A DNA stretch of 64,000 nucleotides from the sequence record LC819007.1; one strand, written 5' to 3'. Made by a program: the position numbers and the translations under genes. Shown here one piece after another: positions 7,073 through 16,927 of this stretch (positions within the stretch are counted from its first letter, which is position 1; every line of letters starts with the position of its first letter). The notes below the pieces were generated by a model, which saw only the letters and a list, made by a program, of their open reading frames with translations, had not been told where the DNA came from and searched no databases.

Positions 7073-7675
7073 TTACACCATCGGATTCTGCGTACCGACT
7101 TGCTTGTCGTACTTGCCGCCACGGTCCTTGTAGCTGACCTTGCACTCCGCATCGGTCTTGTTGAACAGCAGCTGCGCGATGCCTTGTTCGACGTAGATCT
7201 TGGCGTGGGTGTTCGTCGAATTAACGATTTCCACCACCAGGTTACCTTCCCAGGTCGGCTCAAGCGGCGTGACCAGCGGGAAGATACCGACGCGCGCGTA
7301 GGTGCTCTTGCCCAGACACGTGACGATCAGGTCGCGCGGAATGTCGAAGTATTCCCGTGTGTGGCCGAGCATCATGCTATTCGGCGGCAGCACTACGTAT
7401 TCCAGGCCGTCTTCGTCGACGCAGAGCTTCGGTTCCGTGTAGACATCCACGTTGAGCTTGCGCGCATCCGAGAGCACACCGTTCAGATTCGTGAACAGCT
7501 TCAGCTCTTTCTTCGACAGCACGATGTCGTAGCCATACGACGACACGCCGTACGACAGAATGCGCTGGAGGCCTTTCGAGGTCTCCAGCGTTTTGACAGA
7601 TTCGCGCTCGAACGGCACGATCATGTTTTCTTGTTCACAGCGTTCGATGATTTGCCAATCGGCGAGAATGCTCAT
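7073..7675 (-). CDS. dcd: dCTP deaminase
   Basis: LSYGVSSYGYDI, GKSTYARVGI, TPLEPTWEGNLVVEI motifs. Confidence 0.95.
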   Translation of the reverse strand: MSILADWQIIERCEQENMIVPFERESVKTLETSKGLQRILSYGVSSYGYDIVLSKKELKLFTNLNGVLSDARKLNVDVYTEPKLCVDEDGLEYVVLPPNSMMLGHTREYFDIPRDLIVTCLGKSTYARVGIFPLVTPLEPTWEGNLVVEIVNSTNTHAKIYVEQGIAQLLFNKTDAECKVSYKDRGGKYDKQVGTQNPMV

Positions 7676-7695
7676 GATTTACTTTTAAGAGAAGG

Positions 7696-8211
7696 TTAGC
7701 GGTTGTGGCGAACGAGAATCTCGTCTGCCAGTTTCTTGAAGGCAGCGTGATCTTCGTGGGTGAGGAAGTGCTGGAACGAACGGTTCACGTCCTCCAGTTC
7801 ATGCCGGTAATGCACTTTGCCAGTCAGTAGATTCACGCAGTCGAATTCCACCAGGGTGCTGTGTGATCGCAGCCAGATACCCCTGGTTTCTTCGATGGTC
7901 CAAGTCGTGCCGATCTCGACCTTACGACGACCCTGGCAGGTGTCCTCGTAATGCTTGGCGAGCAGTCGACACATGGCCATGTCAACCATAGTAGCCACAC
8001 GGCTTTCGTAGGGCGTACCCTTCAGACTGAAGTCGTTATGAATCCGGCGTACAGCGTCTTCGTAATTGGTCGAGCCAAAGTACGACAACGCTATGGCCTG
8101 TTTGTGGAGCTCAGTTGCAAGAAGGCCGCGCGCAAAGAACGGATCTTCCGCGGTCGTCTTGCGATTGAGTTTTTCGGACAGGGTGTGTACCAGCATTGCA
8201 TTGGAAGTCAT
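7696..8211 (-). CDS. Hypothetical protein (171 aa)
   Basis: ORF track; downstream of early promoter-like motif at 8276. Confidence 0.8.
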   Translation of the reverse strand: MTSNAMLVHTLSEKLNRKTTAEDPFFARGLLATELHKQAIALSYFGSTNYEDAVRRIHNDFSLKGTPYESRVATMVDMAMCRLLAKHYEDTCQGRRKVEIGTTWTIEETRGIWLRSHSTLVEFDCVNLLTGKVHYRHELEDVNRSFQHFLTHEDHAAFKKLADEILVRHNR

Positions 8212-8275
8212 AAGGCCCTCACTAGGTTAGGAATGTCGAGCTCGGAACAACTGCCGAAGCCTCAACTCTACGTTA

Positions 8276-8283
8276 GTAATATG
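8276..8283 (-). promoter_or_regulatory. Putative early promoter element (CATATTAC)
   Basis: Matches recurring intergenic motif; phiKZ early consensus TATATTAC. Confidence 0.55.
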
Positions 8284-8377
8284 TTCCTGAAGATTTCTTC
8301 ACTTTACTTGTACATGCGATGGCCCTACCCAGTAATTTTCTTACGGAATCTTGTGGCAACCAATAACAGGAGCGATC

Positions 8378-9229
8378 ATGCTTGAGGCAATGGTCATGGC
8401 CGCCGCTATTAAAGCAGCCACGGGCGGGCAACAAATTTTTGACACAGTCGGTACAGCTAGTTTTGTTGTGCCGGCTACGGTTACGAAGATCTCTGCTGTC
8501 TGTGTGATGTCGGGTGCAAACGGTAGCGTGGGTGCTAACGTACCGGGTGGTGATGGCGGTGACTTGCGTTACGCAGTGAGTCTGGACGTAACACCTGGGG
8601 AGACGCTCACCATCTTTATTCCGGCGAGCACGGCAACCACCTCAACACCATGCACAATCAGTCGTGGCGCTACAGTGCTGCTCTCTGCTGGCCGACTGGG
8701 TGTGGGCAGTACCGCGATCGGTGGAAACATCGGTGGTGGTAACGGCGGTAACAAAGGTGTCTTCCAGGGATCGGGCTCGCCCTTCTCGGGAGCAGGTGGT
8801 GGCGCAGGTGGTTACGCTGGCAATGGTGGTAACGGCGGTAATGGCTCAGGTAACTCGCTAGGTACACCGCCAACCGCTGGCAATGGTGGTGGTGGAGGCG
8901 GTGGTGGCGCAAACTGCTCGACTAGTAACTTCAGTTCGGGTATTGGTGGTGGCGGTGGTGGCGTGGGTCTGAAAGGCCAGGGCGCATCCGGTGCGGCCGG
9001 TACACAGGGTAACCTGAATGCCAGTGTGGGCTTCACACCAGGTAAGGGTGGTAGTGGTGGCGCGGACGGTGAAAACAATCCGGGCAATCGCGGTTCAAAC
9101 GGTGGCGGCTATGGCGCAGGCGCAGGCGGCTCGTTCACTGGCGCGGCCGGCATAGGTGGTAAGGCAGGTTGCCGGATTATCTGGGGTGATGGCCGCGCTT
9201 ACCCGTCGACCAACACAGGCGACGTCTAA
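8378..9229 (+). CDS. Glycine-rich virion/tail-associated protein (283 aa)
   Basis: F.VPA.VT.ISAVCV..GA.G N-domain, GGGGGAGG tracts, C-terminal G(A/C)RIIWG..R.YPST; start MLEAMV with AGGAG. Confidence 0.8.
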   Translation: MLEAMVMAAAIKAATGGQQIFDTVGTASFVVPATVTKISAVCVMSGANGSVGANVPGGDGGDLRYAVSLDVTPGETLTIFIPASTATTSTPCTISRGATVLLSAGRLGVGSTAIGGNIGGGNGGNKGVFQGSGSPFSGAGGGAGGYAGNGGNGGNGSGNSLGTPPTAGNGGGGGGGGANCSTSNFSSGIGGGGGGVGLKGQGASGAAGTQGNLNASVGFTPGKGGSGGADGENNPGNRGSNGGGYGAGAGGSFTGAAGIGGKAGCRIIWGDGRAYPSTNTGDV

Positions 9230-9240
9230 CGAAACACAAA

Positions 9241-9278
9241 CATAAAGGGCAGGGCTTTCGCCCTGCCTCTTATGCTGT
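9241..9278. terminator. Bidirectional terminator between convergent genes
   Basis: CATAA-hairpin-TTATGCTG; tail motif present on both strands. Confidence 0.7.
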
Positions 9279-11086
9279 CAAAGCGCTGTAATGGTGCCGT
9301 CAACGTTCAACTGGTATTTCGCACTATCGTAGCTGCTAGTCACCAGTCGAGGCGCGCCGTAGAAGTCATGAGGCTTTAGCCCTACGATTTCCTGGATCGA
9401 ACCGCTCTTATACGCATAGACTTTAACAGCCTGTGCGTCAATGATGACGGTTCCTGGATTTGCCGGAGCAGCCGCAACGGCCGTTGCCGTCTGTGCTGAG
9501 GTCTTGTAGATCTTGCCCGTCAGGTTATCTACCGTTTGGAGCTTACCATCACGTAAGTACAACAACGTGGCGACGTTCATCGCACGGGAGATCTTCTGGG
9601 TTTGCAGCGTAGACGAGAGCGACGCCTTGATTACACTGAACAGGCGCACCGATACATTCCCACCCGGCGGCAGGTTGTACACAGTCCGAGCATCTTTCAT
9701 CAACTGAGCGAATGACACCTTGCCATTCCGGAAACCAATCTCAGAACGCACTACCGTCGAGATCTTGCTGTAGGTGAACGGTACAGCCAAAGCCAGCGTC
9801 AACGTATCGCCATTCTTAACCGGCGTGACATTCGCACCCGTTCCATACCAGTACGTAAAGGCTTGACCACCGGTGTAATACTGCTCGCCGATACGCTTGC
9901 CGTTCAGCAGGATTTCACCCCATACCGTACCGAGTGACGAACCATCTACGTTGGGCGCTAGATTCAGTGCCCCAGCTGCACTGGCGTACACATTACCGCT
10001 ATTGACTTCCGGCTGTCCCGTGGATGGATTCACCGAGCTGGCAAAGAGGATTTCAGCGCCTGCGATGTTGTACGTGTAGCGTGCCGTGATCACCGAACCA
10101 TCTGAAAGGGTTGCCAACAGATTGATGGTGTTCAGACCCGACGTAGAGACCGTCTGAGAGGGCACAGAAGCGGGCGCATACAAAGTCGTAGGGGTAACGA
10201 CGACGATCGACTCCGAAGCCCCTGCAGCGATGTTATCGCTGTCTGACATGCCTGCATACAACGGATGGTCGCCGTAGTGCGAACGGATGAAGCCAACGTT
10301 CACTGGCGTGCGGTCCACGTTCCCCGTCAGGTAGGTGCCGAACTTCACCGCGACGGCATTGGCGGTCTTGAAGAACGCCGGATCACTGGTGGTGACATCC
10401 GCAATCGAGGTGAGGTTGTAGCCGTGGTCGGTGATGATGATAATGCCGTTTCCATTCTCCCGGAACGTAGCGATGTCATTCACCGCTTGTGCTGTGATGC
10501 CGGGTGTGCCCTGCCATTGCGAACTCAGCACCAGTACCAGCGCAAACTGTTCGTAGTACGCCAGATTCGGATTCAGCTGACCACCGCCGTAATCATCCGG
10601 TGCGACAAAGGTAGGAGTGAAGCCCGCCAGGCCACAGACTTCAGTAAGCGTGTCGAAGAAGCCGGTGCTGCTAGTCGCCGAATTCGCTTTCACCGCATAG
10701 CTTGCGGGCGAGATCACATCGCCCATGATCAGCACTTTCTTGTTGCCCGCGGCAACCTTGGTCGGGTTGGCACACCACTTCAGTGCGTTGTACAGATACT
10801 TACACGCCGGCGACAGTGCGGCAAAGTTCGCGGGGTTCCGAGTGTTCGCACTGTTGTAGAACTTTGGGAAGCCGCCATCGTACACTACCCGACCCTTTCC
10901 GTCTTCGGTCACCGCGATAAACGGATTGGCCGGAGTGAGGGTGTCGTAAGCGATGTATTTCGAGATCGACGGCGGAGCACCGTTTTTCGTGACCGCGACC
11001 TGGGTGATGTCCGCGCTAAACGAGAACGACACCGTCTGGGCATTCAAATACGCCCCAGGTGCAACACTAGGAGTAATCGTCGCCAT
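9278..11086 (-). CDS. Virion-associated protein (602 aa)
   Basis: Thr/Ala/Ser-rich beta composition, VVYDGGFPKFYN motif; in tail cluster. Confidence 0.7.
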   Translation of the reverse strand: MATITPSVAPGAYLNAQTVSFSFSADITQVAVTKNGAPPSISKYIAYDTLTPANPFIAVTEDGKGRVVYDGGFPKFYNSANTRNPANFAALSPACKYLYNALKWCANPTKVAAGNKKVLIMGDVISPASYAVKANSATSSTGFFDTLTEVCGLAGFTPTFVAPDDYGGGQLNPNLAYYEQFALVLVLSSQWQGTPGITAQAVNDIATFRENGNGIIIITDHGYNLTSIADVTTSDPAFFKTANAVAVKFGTYLTGNVDRTPVNVGFIRSHYGDHPLYAGMSDSDNIAAGASESIVVVTPTTLYAPASVPSQTVSTSGLNTINLLATLSDGSVITARYTYNIAGAEILFASSVNPSTGQPEVNSGNVYASAAGALNLAPNVDGSSLGTVWGEILLNGKRIGEQYYTGGQAFTYWYGTGANVTPVKNGDTLTLALAVPFTYSKISTVVRSEIGFRNGKVSFAQLMKDARTVYNLPPGGNVSVRLFSVIKASLSSTLQTQKISRAMNVATLLYLRDGKLQTVDNLTGKIYKTSAQTATAVAAAPANPGTVIIDAQAVKVYAYKSGSIQEIVGLKPHDFYGAPRLVTSSYDSAKYQLNVDGTITAL

Positions 11087-11094
11087 CGCTTACC

Positions 11095-11454
11095 TCAGAC
11101 TTCTTTGAGGACAACGAAGACGCGAATGATAAACGAAAGCGTGGCGGTGTGCTGGTTCACCACGATCACATTCCCAGCTTCCTTGAAGCCGATACCGGCT
11201 ACCGCACCCGCTGGCACGTAATAACCAGTCGTGGGCGAGTCGACGTCGCTGTCGAGCACATACACTTCGATCTCGGTACGGGTGAGATCATACTTCGAGG
11301 CATTCGCGCCCAAGGCTGCAGCGCAGTCGAAGTTCCACACCTGGCCCGAGGTCAGGTCAGTTTTGGCGACATTAAGATACTGGCGACGCCCGTAGAGCGC
11401 CGCTTTGGACGCGAGAATCGCGCCATTCAGATTTGCATAGGGACCGGTAGCCAT
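11095..11454 (-). CDS. Small virion/baseplate-associated protein (119 aa)
   Basis: ORF track; TATG late motif upstream at 11508. Confidence 0.7.
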   Translation of the reverse strand: MATGPYANLNGAILASKAALYGRRQYLNVAKTDLTSGQVWNFDCAAALGANASKYDLTRTEIEVYVLDSDVDSPTTGYYVPAGAVAGIGFKEAGNVIVVNQHTATLSFIIRVFVVLKEV

Positions 11455-11588
11455 AATCGCTTGTCGAAAACAAAAAAATAAAGGCTCACTGGGGTGTGAG
11501 CCAAACTCATAGTAATCGACGGCATAAAGGGGAGGCCGAAGCCTCCCCCAAGTACAACACCAGAGAAAGCTTACTACGAGTCTACCTG

Positions 11589-12107
11589 TTAAGAGAAACG
11601 TAAGGTAGGCGTTTGCAAAACATTTGCGACGTGGAGCATGCCACCGAACGGAACAGAACTACTGTCCAGACCAGGGATAACATTTCCACTGTCCCGTACC
11701 ACCGGCTCGATGTGAGTCTGCCAAAACTCCATCGGACATCCCGCGTACGGTTGAAACACGCCGCCTTCCAAGACCGACAAGAAAGGCAACTGACGATCCA
11801 CGGCTTCGTGCGGATCGCGTAAAGCCACGACTGTCCTGCCTCCTGCGACTACCAGGTAATTGCTTTCGCAGAGCAACGTACCACCGATGTAATCCACCAC
11901 AGTACGGCAGATGTAGTGCATCGGCTTGCTCTTGTACCTGTGAATGAAGGCTGCGCTTACTTCATGCCGACCCAGCAAGAAGTCACACGCAAGCACCTCT
12001 ACAAACTTGCACAAACGATTGCGCACGTTACGATAAAGCATTTCGTACTGCTGAAAACGCATCCGGTCCTGCATCGTAACGCGATCACAAATTTCGTTGT
12101 TGAACAT
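11589..12107 (-). CDS. Hypothetical protein (172 aa)
   Basis: ORF track; ends at terminator 11520-11549. Confidence 0.7.
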   Translation of the reverse strand: MFNNEICDRVTMQDRMRFQQYEMLYRNVRNRLCKFVEVLACDFLLGRHEVSAAFIHRYKSKPMHYICRTVVDYIGGTLLCESNYLVVAGGRTVVALRDPHEAVDRQLPFLSVLEGGVFQPYAGCPMEFWQTHIEPVVRDSGNVIPGLDSSSVPFGGMLHVANVLQTPTLRFS

Positions 12108-12364
12108 CTCTAGCTACACCTTTCTCTGAGGTTATCGAATAGAAGAGAGTTTCAGGTTGGCTTCTGTTCCCTGTCACAATTGGTATCGTTATATGTGCTA
12201 CTGGCCGTCTGATTTTTACGGAAAAACCCTTCCACCAAGATTACTGCTTCCTAGTAAAAAATATATTTTCCTCATGTTCTACGAATGGTTGATCTCCAGC
12301 GCAGACAAGCGTAAAGCAAGCCTCCCCAGACCAGGCTCTACGTTTGTCATCGCGCCACCCCCGG

Positions 12365-12676
12365 TTACCGTGCGATCGTTATTCCTTTCACACGGGTCTT
12401 GCGCAACTGTGGCTGTTGCTCTCGACGCTTGGCAGTGCGTCGGTCGTGGTGCGCTTTACGGCTTTGCTGCGCGCGCACTTCCTTGTTGATTGCATTTACC
12501 CAGCCCATTTGCTGGTACGTGGTGGTGTGCTCGTAGCTCACGTGACCAAAGCACCACCAGCTACGCCAGGCGCGCTCTTGATCTGCGGTATGAGCAGCTG
12601 AGAGCAAAGCTCCCAACTTCTGTTTGAGCATGGTGCGCACAGGCGCACTCCCACCAATCACGACGATGTTACCCAT
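12365..12676 (-). CDS. Hypothetical basic protein (103 aa)
   Basis: ORF track; AAGGA upstream. Confidence 0.65.
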   Translation of the reverse strand: MGNIVVIGGSAPVRTMLKQKLGALLSAAHTADQERAWRSWWCFGHVSYEHTTTYQQMGWVNAINKEVRAQQSRKAHHDRRTAKRREQQPQLRKTRVKGITIAR

Positions 12677-12760
12677 CTTCTTATTCCTTGTGGTATTTGG
12701 GCTGTTACTCGGTCCGTACTATGGTTGTCGCGGTATAATCGTGCATATGCACGGAGCATA

Positions 12761-12973
12761 TTAGTCTTTCGGACCAAAATGCAAGAGGGCCAGCAATTCA
12801 TCACGAGTGTATTCGCCTTCGAGCAGAACCACCGGGACGTTACCTTCAGGCAAGCGATAATGCCACAGGGAGCCCGAGATCTCTTCCTGCCAGTCCGGTA
12901 CGCGGTCTTCAGCTTTGTTCAGGATTTCGATAGCCTGTGCATCGGTCATGGGCGTAGCTTGAGTCATGATCAT
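12761..12973 (-). CDS. Small hypothetical protein, paralog of 12977..13186
   Basis: Shared C-terminal LEG(E/R)(Y/F)T..EL.AL..F.P motif. Confidence 0.75.
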   Translation of the reverse strand: MIMTQATPMTDAQAIEILNKAEDRVPDWQEEISGSLWHYRLPEGNVPVVLLEGEYTRDELLALLHFGPKD

Positions 12974-12976
12974 CTC

Positions 12977-13186
12977 CTATTGATTACGTGGATGAAAGTA
13001 CATCAGGGCTGCGAGTTCTTCCAGGGTGAAGCGACCCTCCAGCTCCACACGCAACTGGTCGTCGTCATCGGTCTTCCAGTTCGGCTCACTGCTCCGAGTC
13101 TGCGAGGTCTCTACGTGGTTACCGAACTCCTGCGTCTGAATCACTAACTGCCGGGCTTCAGACTCGATTAAGTGTGTCATGGCCAT
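12977..13186 (-). CDS. Small hypothetical protein, paralog of 12761..12973
   Basis: As above. Confidence 0.75.
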   Translation of the reverse strand: MAMTHLIESEARQLVIQTQEFGNHVETSQTRSSEPNWKTDDDDQLRVELEGRFTLEELAALMYFHPRNQ

Positions 13187-13409
13187 CTCTAAGTGAGGTA
13201 CGATAAAGGCAAGTGAGCTGTTCCTACGTCACAGCTAAAAATGGGAAAGCATAACCACCCGTAGGGCACGACTGGCTGTCTCTACAATCCGAAGACTGTA
13301 GGGACGCGTCTCAGAGCAGCAGCAAACTACTCCATCGAATAGGGCCGGGAGGTAAAAAAGAAAAATCGACACACGCACCCAGCACCCCGAAGGGCACTGG
13401 GCAGATACG

Positions 13410-13898
13410 TCAGATCCAGCGACGGAGTTCTTCGTCCCAGAACTTGGTGTAGCGGTAAGCCCGCTCCAGGTTGTGACCTTCGAAGTCGTGAAACTCCATC
13501 ATGTCGTGGACTTTGATCCGGTCGCCGTTCAGATAGACGGCACGTACACGACCAAAGCAACGGATCAGGATTTCCGTATCACGGATCAGCATACTGAGCG
13601 CTAGCGCGTCGGCATTGACGGATTCGTGATGGGCCCAGACCGAGACTGCGCGTTCCCGGTTTTTGAGCGCATCCGTAGAGATCAGGATTTCGAAAGCGCG
13701 GAAATCGCCACCATGCTGCTTCGTGACTACGTACTGGGAAGCCTGTTCGAAAATGAGGTTGTTATCCAGCAGGATGACATTACCCTCTTTCCGGTTGGCT
13801 TCACGAATGTCCGCGTACTCTTCACGCGAAGCTGCAATGTCTTGCTCCGGAAGCAGATGCAACAGGTAGCGCACAGCGCTCGATTCCGTCTTTGCCAT
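13410..13898 (-). CDS. Hypothetical protein (162 aa)
   Basis: ORF track; AGGAG; early-promoter-like motif upstream. Confidence 0.8.
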   Translation of the reverse strand: MAKTESSAVRYLLHLLPEQDIAASREEYADIREANRKEGNVILLDNNLIFEQASQYVVTKQHGGDFRAFEILISTDALKNRERAVSVWAHHESVNADALALSMLIRDTEILIRCFGRVRAVYLNGDRIKVHDMMEFHDFEGHNLERAYRYTKFWDEELRRWI

Positions 13899-13925
13899 TT
13901 GATTCTCCTGTGTAAGTTCAAATAA

Positions 13926-13935
13926 GTGATATATG
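13926..13935 (-). promoter_or_regulatory. Putative early promoter element (CATATATCAC)
   Basis: Variant of recurring motif between terminator and gene. Confidence 0.45.
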
Positions 13936-13995
13936 GTCAGAAGAAGTTAGAAATGGATCGACGGCATAAGAGCCAGCCCGAAGGCCGGCTCAGGA

Positions 13996-14220
13996 TCAGT
14001 AATAGATCTTGTCTGCCCACCACGTCTGTGCCTTGAACGTGGATGGATGCGGATTCAAACGAATCTGCACGCGCTTGTCTTTCGACAGCTCTTTCAGCTC
14101 CGGCGTGATGGCACGAGCCAGCAGCAGCAGTCGATAACCGCGGAACAGCAACCGCTTAGCGGCTTCCGCAGCAACGGGTAGCTGCGCTTCGAACATAACG
14201 ACTTTGGGGAGAGGACGCAT
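13996..14220 (-). CDS. Hypothetical protein (74 aa)
   Basis: ORF track. Confidence 0.7.
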   Translation of the reverse strand: MRPLPKVVMFEAQLPVAAEAAKRLLFRGYRLLLLARAITPELKELSKDKRVQIRLNPHPSTFKAQTWWADKIYY

Positions 14221-14256
14221 GATGGTGAGGGATGGTTGATGGTGAATTACACACCA

Positions 14257-14688
14257 TTAGGTCATCGCCACACCGTTCAACCAGTACAGCTCGCCTTCCG
14301 ACTCGATATAGAAGATCTTGCCCGTAAGCGGGTTAATGATCATCCGGCCCGTACCGAAATCCTTCGCCGGGGTTTTGGTTGGGCTCGTCACCCATGCGCT
14401 ACCGTTGTAGGTGTACGTCACCTGACCCACGATATCGTACACCGGCAGTGTGGTTGTCGCGGCCTGGGCTGCTGTGACTTCATCCGAGGTCTGACAGAAG
14501 TACGCCGTTTGCAGCGCAAAATCAAACTTCAGCTGGTTGGTGCCGTCCACAGCAACGAAGCCCACTTTGCCCGCTGTTCCCGACTGGATCGTCAGATCTC
14601 GTGCGGAGTTGAAAGCAGCTTCAGCAGCCAAAGCATTCGGACCGTCGGCGAGTTGCTTGCCGAAGATATTGGGATAGGGATTCGCCAT
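14257..14688 (-). CDS. Small virion/tail protein (143 aa)
   Basis: Co-transcribed with 14692 and 15102 genes; YTYNGSAW motif. Confidence 0.7.
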   Translation of the reverse strand: MANPYPNIFGKQLADGPNALAAEAAFNSARDLTIQSGTAGKVGFVAVDGTNQLKFDFALQTAYFCQTSDEVTAAQAATTTLPVYDIVGQVTYTYNGSAWVTSPTKTPAKDFGTGRMIINPLTGKIFYIESEGELYWLNGVAMT

Positions 14689-14691
14689 CTC

Positions 14692-15102
14692 TTAACTCCC
14701 CGTGCGAATGATGAGAGTGTTGCCCTGCTGAGTGAAACCCAACACCCCGTTACTGCAATAGACAAAGCGTCCCGGACCGACGTCAAGAATCAGCTGATTG
14801 CCTGAGACCTTGGACCAGGCTGAATTCACCCAGTCCCAACGACTGCCGTCGCGCAGATCGTAGATCGAGCCGTGTGGTCCTGCCTGCTCTCGGGTTTTGG
14901 CATCAGCCAGTTGCGTATCCGTGAGAATGAACTCACCGAGCGCCACCATCCCACCTGCCAGTAACGTTTTGCTGGCATCGCCCTTAGCGAAGTAAGTGGT
15001 GCCAGTCGGCAGGGCAGGTACGTTCGTTGCGTGGTACGTGGCGGCACGACTCTGAATGGCGGTAGCAGTCGCGCCCGAGAGTACCGATTTATTGGAAAGC
15101 AT
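14692..15102 (-). CDS. Small virion/tail protein (136 aa)
   Basis: Start overlaps upstream stop; WDWVNSAW motif. Confidence 0.7.
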   Translation of the reverse strand: MLSNKSVLSGATATAIQSRAATYHATNVPALPTGTTYFAKGDASKTLLAGGMVALGEFILTDTQLADAKTREQAGPHGSIYDLRDGSRWDWVNSAWSKVSGNQLILDVGPGRFVYCSNGVLGFTQQGNTLIIRTGS

Positions 15103-16202
15103 TACATGAACCTCCGTACCTTGTCAGGTCCGACGTGAAACGTTTTACCCGTGTACGGGTTATGAAAGAGTCGCCACAGGCTGAGTGACTGCGCCATTTG
15201 CAGATCCGTCAAGACTGCGCCACCCGTCCACGACTTGTCAGAATTTTGCGTCCAGATCTGTTTGTTAAACGTATCGAAGATGATACGCTGATCACCTGTG
15301 AACGTTAGCGTCTTGAACGAAGCTGAGGCTTGGCTCTCGGCCATATAACCATAAGCCTTGGGGCCACGGAAAATGGCGAGATCCACGTCAGCGCTCAGAT
15401 CGAAGGTGAACGTCGCATCCGCCTTGTAGGTTTGCCAGTTCGAGCCGAACTCACTAGTCGACACTGTGATGATGTCGCCAGCTCGTACGACTTTCACCAG
15501 ACACGGGCCGAGTGCACCCCAGCCCTGACCAGCAGTGTTCGCGACGTAGCCCGACGCTGCATTGTTAGCGCCGTAGCCGCCATTACCCCAAGCGACTTTA
15601 TCACTGCGCAGGAGATATTTCTCACCGGCGTTCTGTTGGTAGTTCTTCACCACCGCAAACGACATTGAGTTACCGCCCGGACTACGGTTCACCACCAGTT
15701 TGCTTTCATAGCCGGTGGCGGCGTCTTTAGCGAACGCGATCACGAGACCAATGTCATCATCGTCAGCATCCGTCGAAGAGAGTTGGACTTCGAGCGTGTA
15801 GTTCTCATACTTAGTCCGGGAAACAAAACCGAGAACGGATACCGAGTTGACCGTACTCTTGATCGTATCGGTGGCGGAGTCGTAGGTCCAGCTGGTCAGC
15901 TCGGATGGCTGTGCCGGTTGAGCCGCAGTGCTGCGTTGGTGTGAGAAACGATACCAGGAATTGAACACGTCAGCCATCGACACCGTGCGAGCTTTTTCAG
16001 TAGTCAGCTCAGCCGCGGTTTCCGTAATGACAGCCAGTGTCACCGGACGAATCGCCTTGGGCACGTTGTTGTTATCGCCCTGGATAATCGAGCCTTCCTG
16101 ACTGATCGGGAAAGCGCCTTCCATGCGAGCCTTGGCTTCAGCCTGCACCGCAGCGATCTTAGCGGAACTGGCAAGCTGGCCTTGAAATTGATAGGTTGTC
16201 AT
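15102..16202 (-). CDS. Virion structural protein with lectin-like beta domain (366 aa)
   Basis: NYTLEVQLSSTDADDDDIGLV beta-sandwich motif; TATG late motif at 16226. Confidence 0.65.
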   Translation of the reverse strand: MTTYQFQGQLASSAKIAAVQAEAKARMEGAFPISQEGSIIQGDNNNVPKAIRPVTLAVITETAAELTTEKARTVSMADVFNSWYRFSHQRSTAAQPAQPSELTSWTYDSATDTIKSTVNSVSVLGFVSRTKYENYTLEVQLSSTDADDDDIGLVIAFAKDAATGYESKLVVNRSPGGNSMSFAVVKNYQQNAGEKYLLRSDKVAWGNGGYGANNAASGYVANTAGQGWGALGPCLVKVVRAGDIITVSTSEFGSNWQTYKADATFTFDLSADVDLAIFRGPKAYGYMAESQASASFKTLTFTGDQRIIFDTFNKQIWTQNSDKSWTGGAVLTDLQMAQSLSLWRLFHNPYTGKTFHVGPDKVRRFM

Positions 16203-16292
16203 GGCGTTGAAATGAGAGGGATGAACATAAAATTACAGCTGTGAAGACACTTTATGAGTCATCTCACCTTTCCATCCATCCCGGGGTCTATC

Positions 16293-16886
16293 ATGTTGTC
16301 CAAGTTGTCCATCCTTGCACGGTTAGCCGTGATTGCAATCGCGCTGTTTCTGTTCCTCATCAACACCACCGGCGTCTTGATGGTCTACTGGGCCCTGGGT
16401 GCGGGTTTCAGTTTGGCCACATTGTTTCGCATCAAACGCAAGACCCCGAAAGGTGAGACAGTGGGTTTTCCCAAACAGATACCGATCGCTCTGGGGCGGA
16501 CGTGTTACACTGGCACACAGCGCGCGTTCACGACTTACTTCGGTGGCTGGGCCGTCGACCAAGAGGCGATCAACATGGCAGCGATGCGTCGCGAAGACGG
16601 CTTTATCGTAGCGGTGGACCGCAAAGGCGGTTACGCTCAAATCGTGGACACGTTGTTCATGATGAAGCTGATCCGTTCTCCGGAACGTAGCTCGGTGATG
16701 AACTGGGAACGTGGTTATATCACTTCGGAAGGACAGTGGGTAACGGGTAAGAAGGTGATCAAGATTGCGCGGCTCGCAGGGCAGTTGCCGCTTGACACGC
16801 CGATGCAACGGTTGTTGTCAATCGAAGATCTGAATCCGCAAGACGAAGCAGCTTTGGCGCGACAGGCCATGTCGGTGGTAAGTTAA
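16293..16886 (+). CDS. Membrane protein with phage-type YITS.G.WV...IA.LAGQL domain (197 aa)
   Basis: Two N-terminal TM helices; start re-assigned to MLSKLS. Confidence 0.7.
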   Translation: MLSKLSILARLAVIAIALFLFLINTTGVLMVYWALGAGFSLATLFRIKRKTPKGETVGFPKQIPIALGRTCYTGTQRAFTTYFGGWAVDQEAINMAAMRREDGFIVAVDRKGGYAQIVDTLFMMKLIRSPERSSVMNWERGYITSEGQWVTGKKVIKIARLAGQLPLDTPMQRLLSIEDLNPQDEAALARQAMSVVS

Positions 16887-16887
16887 G

Positions 16888-16927
16888 CAGCATAAGCAGA
16901 GGGCAAGCGCCCTCTGCTTTTATGCCG
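16888..16927. terminator. Bidirectional terminator between convergent genes
   Basis: CAGCATAA-hairpin-TTTTATGCCG. Confidence 0.75.
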
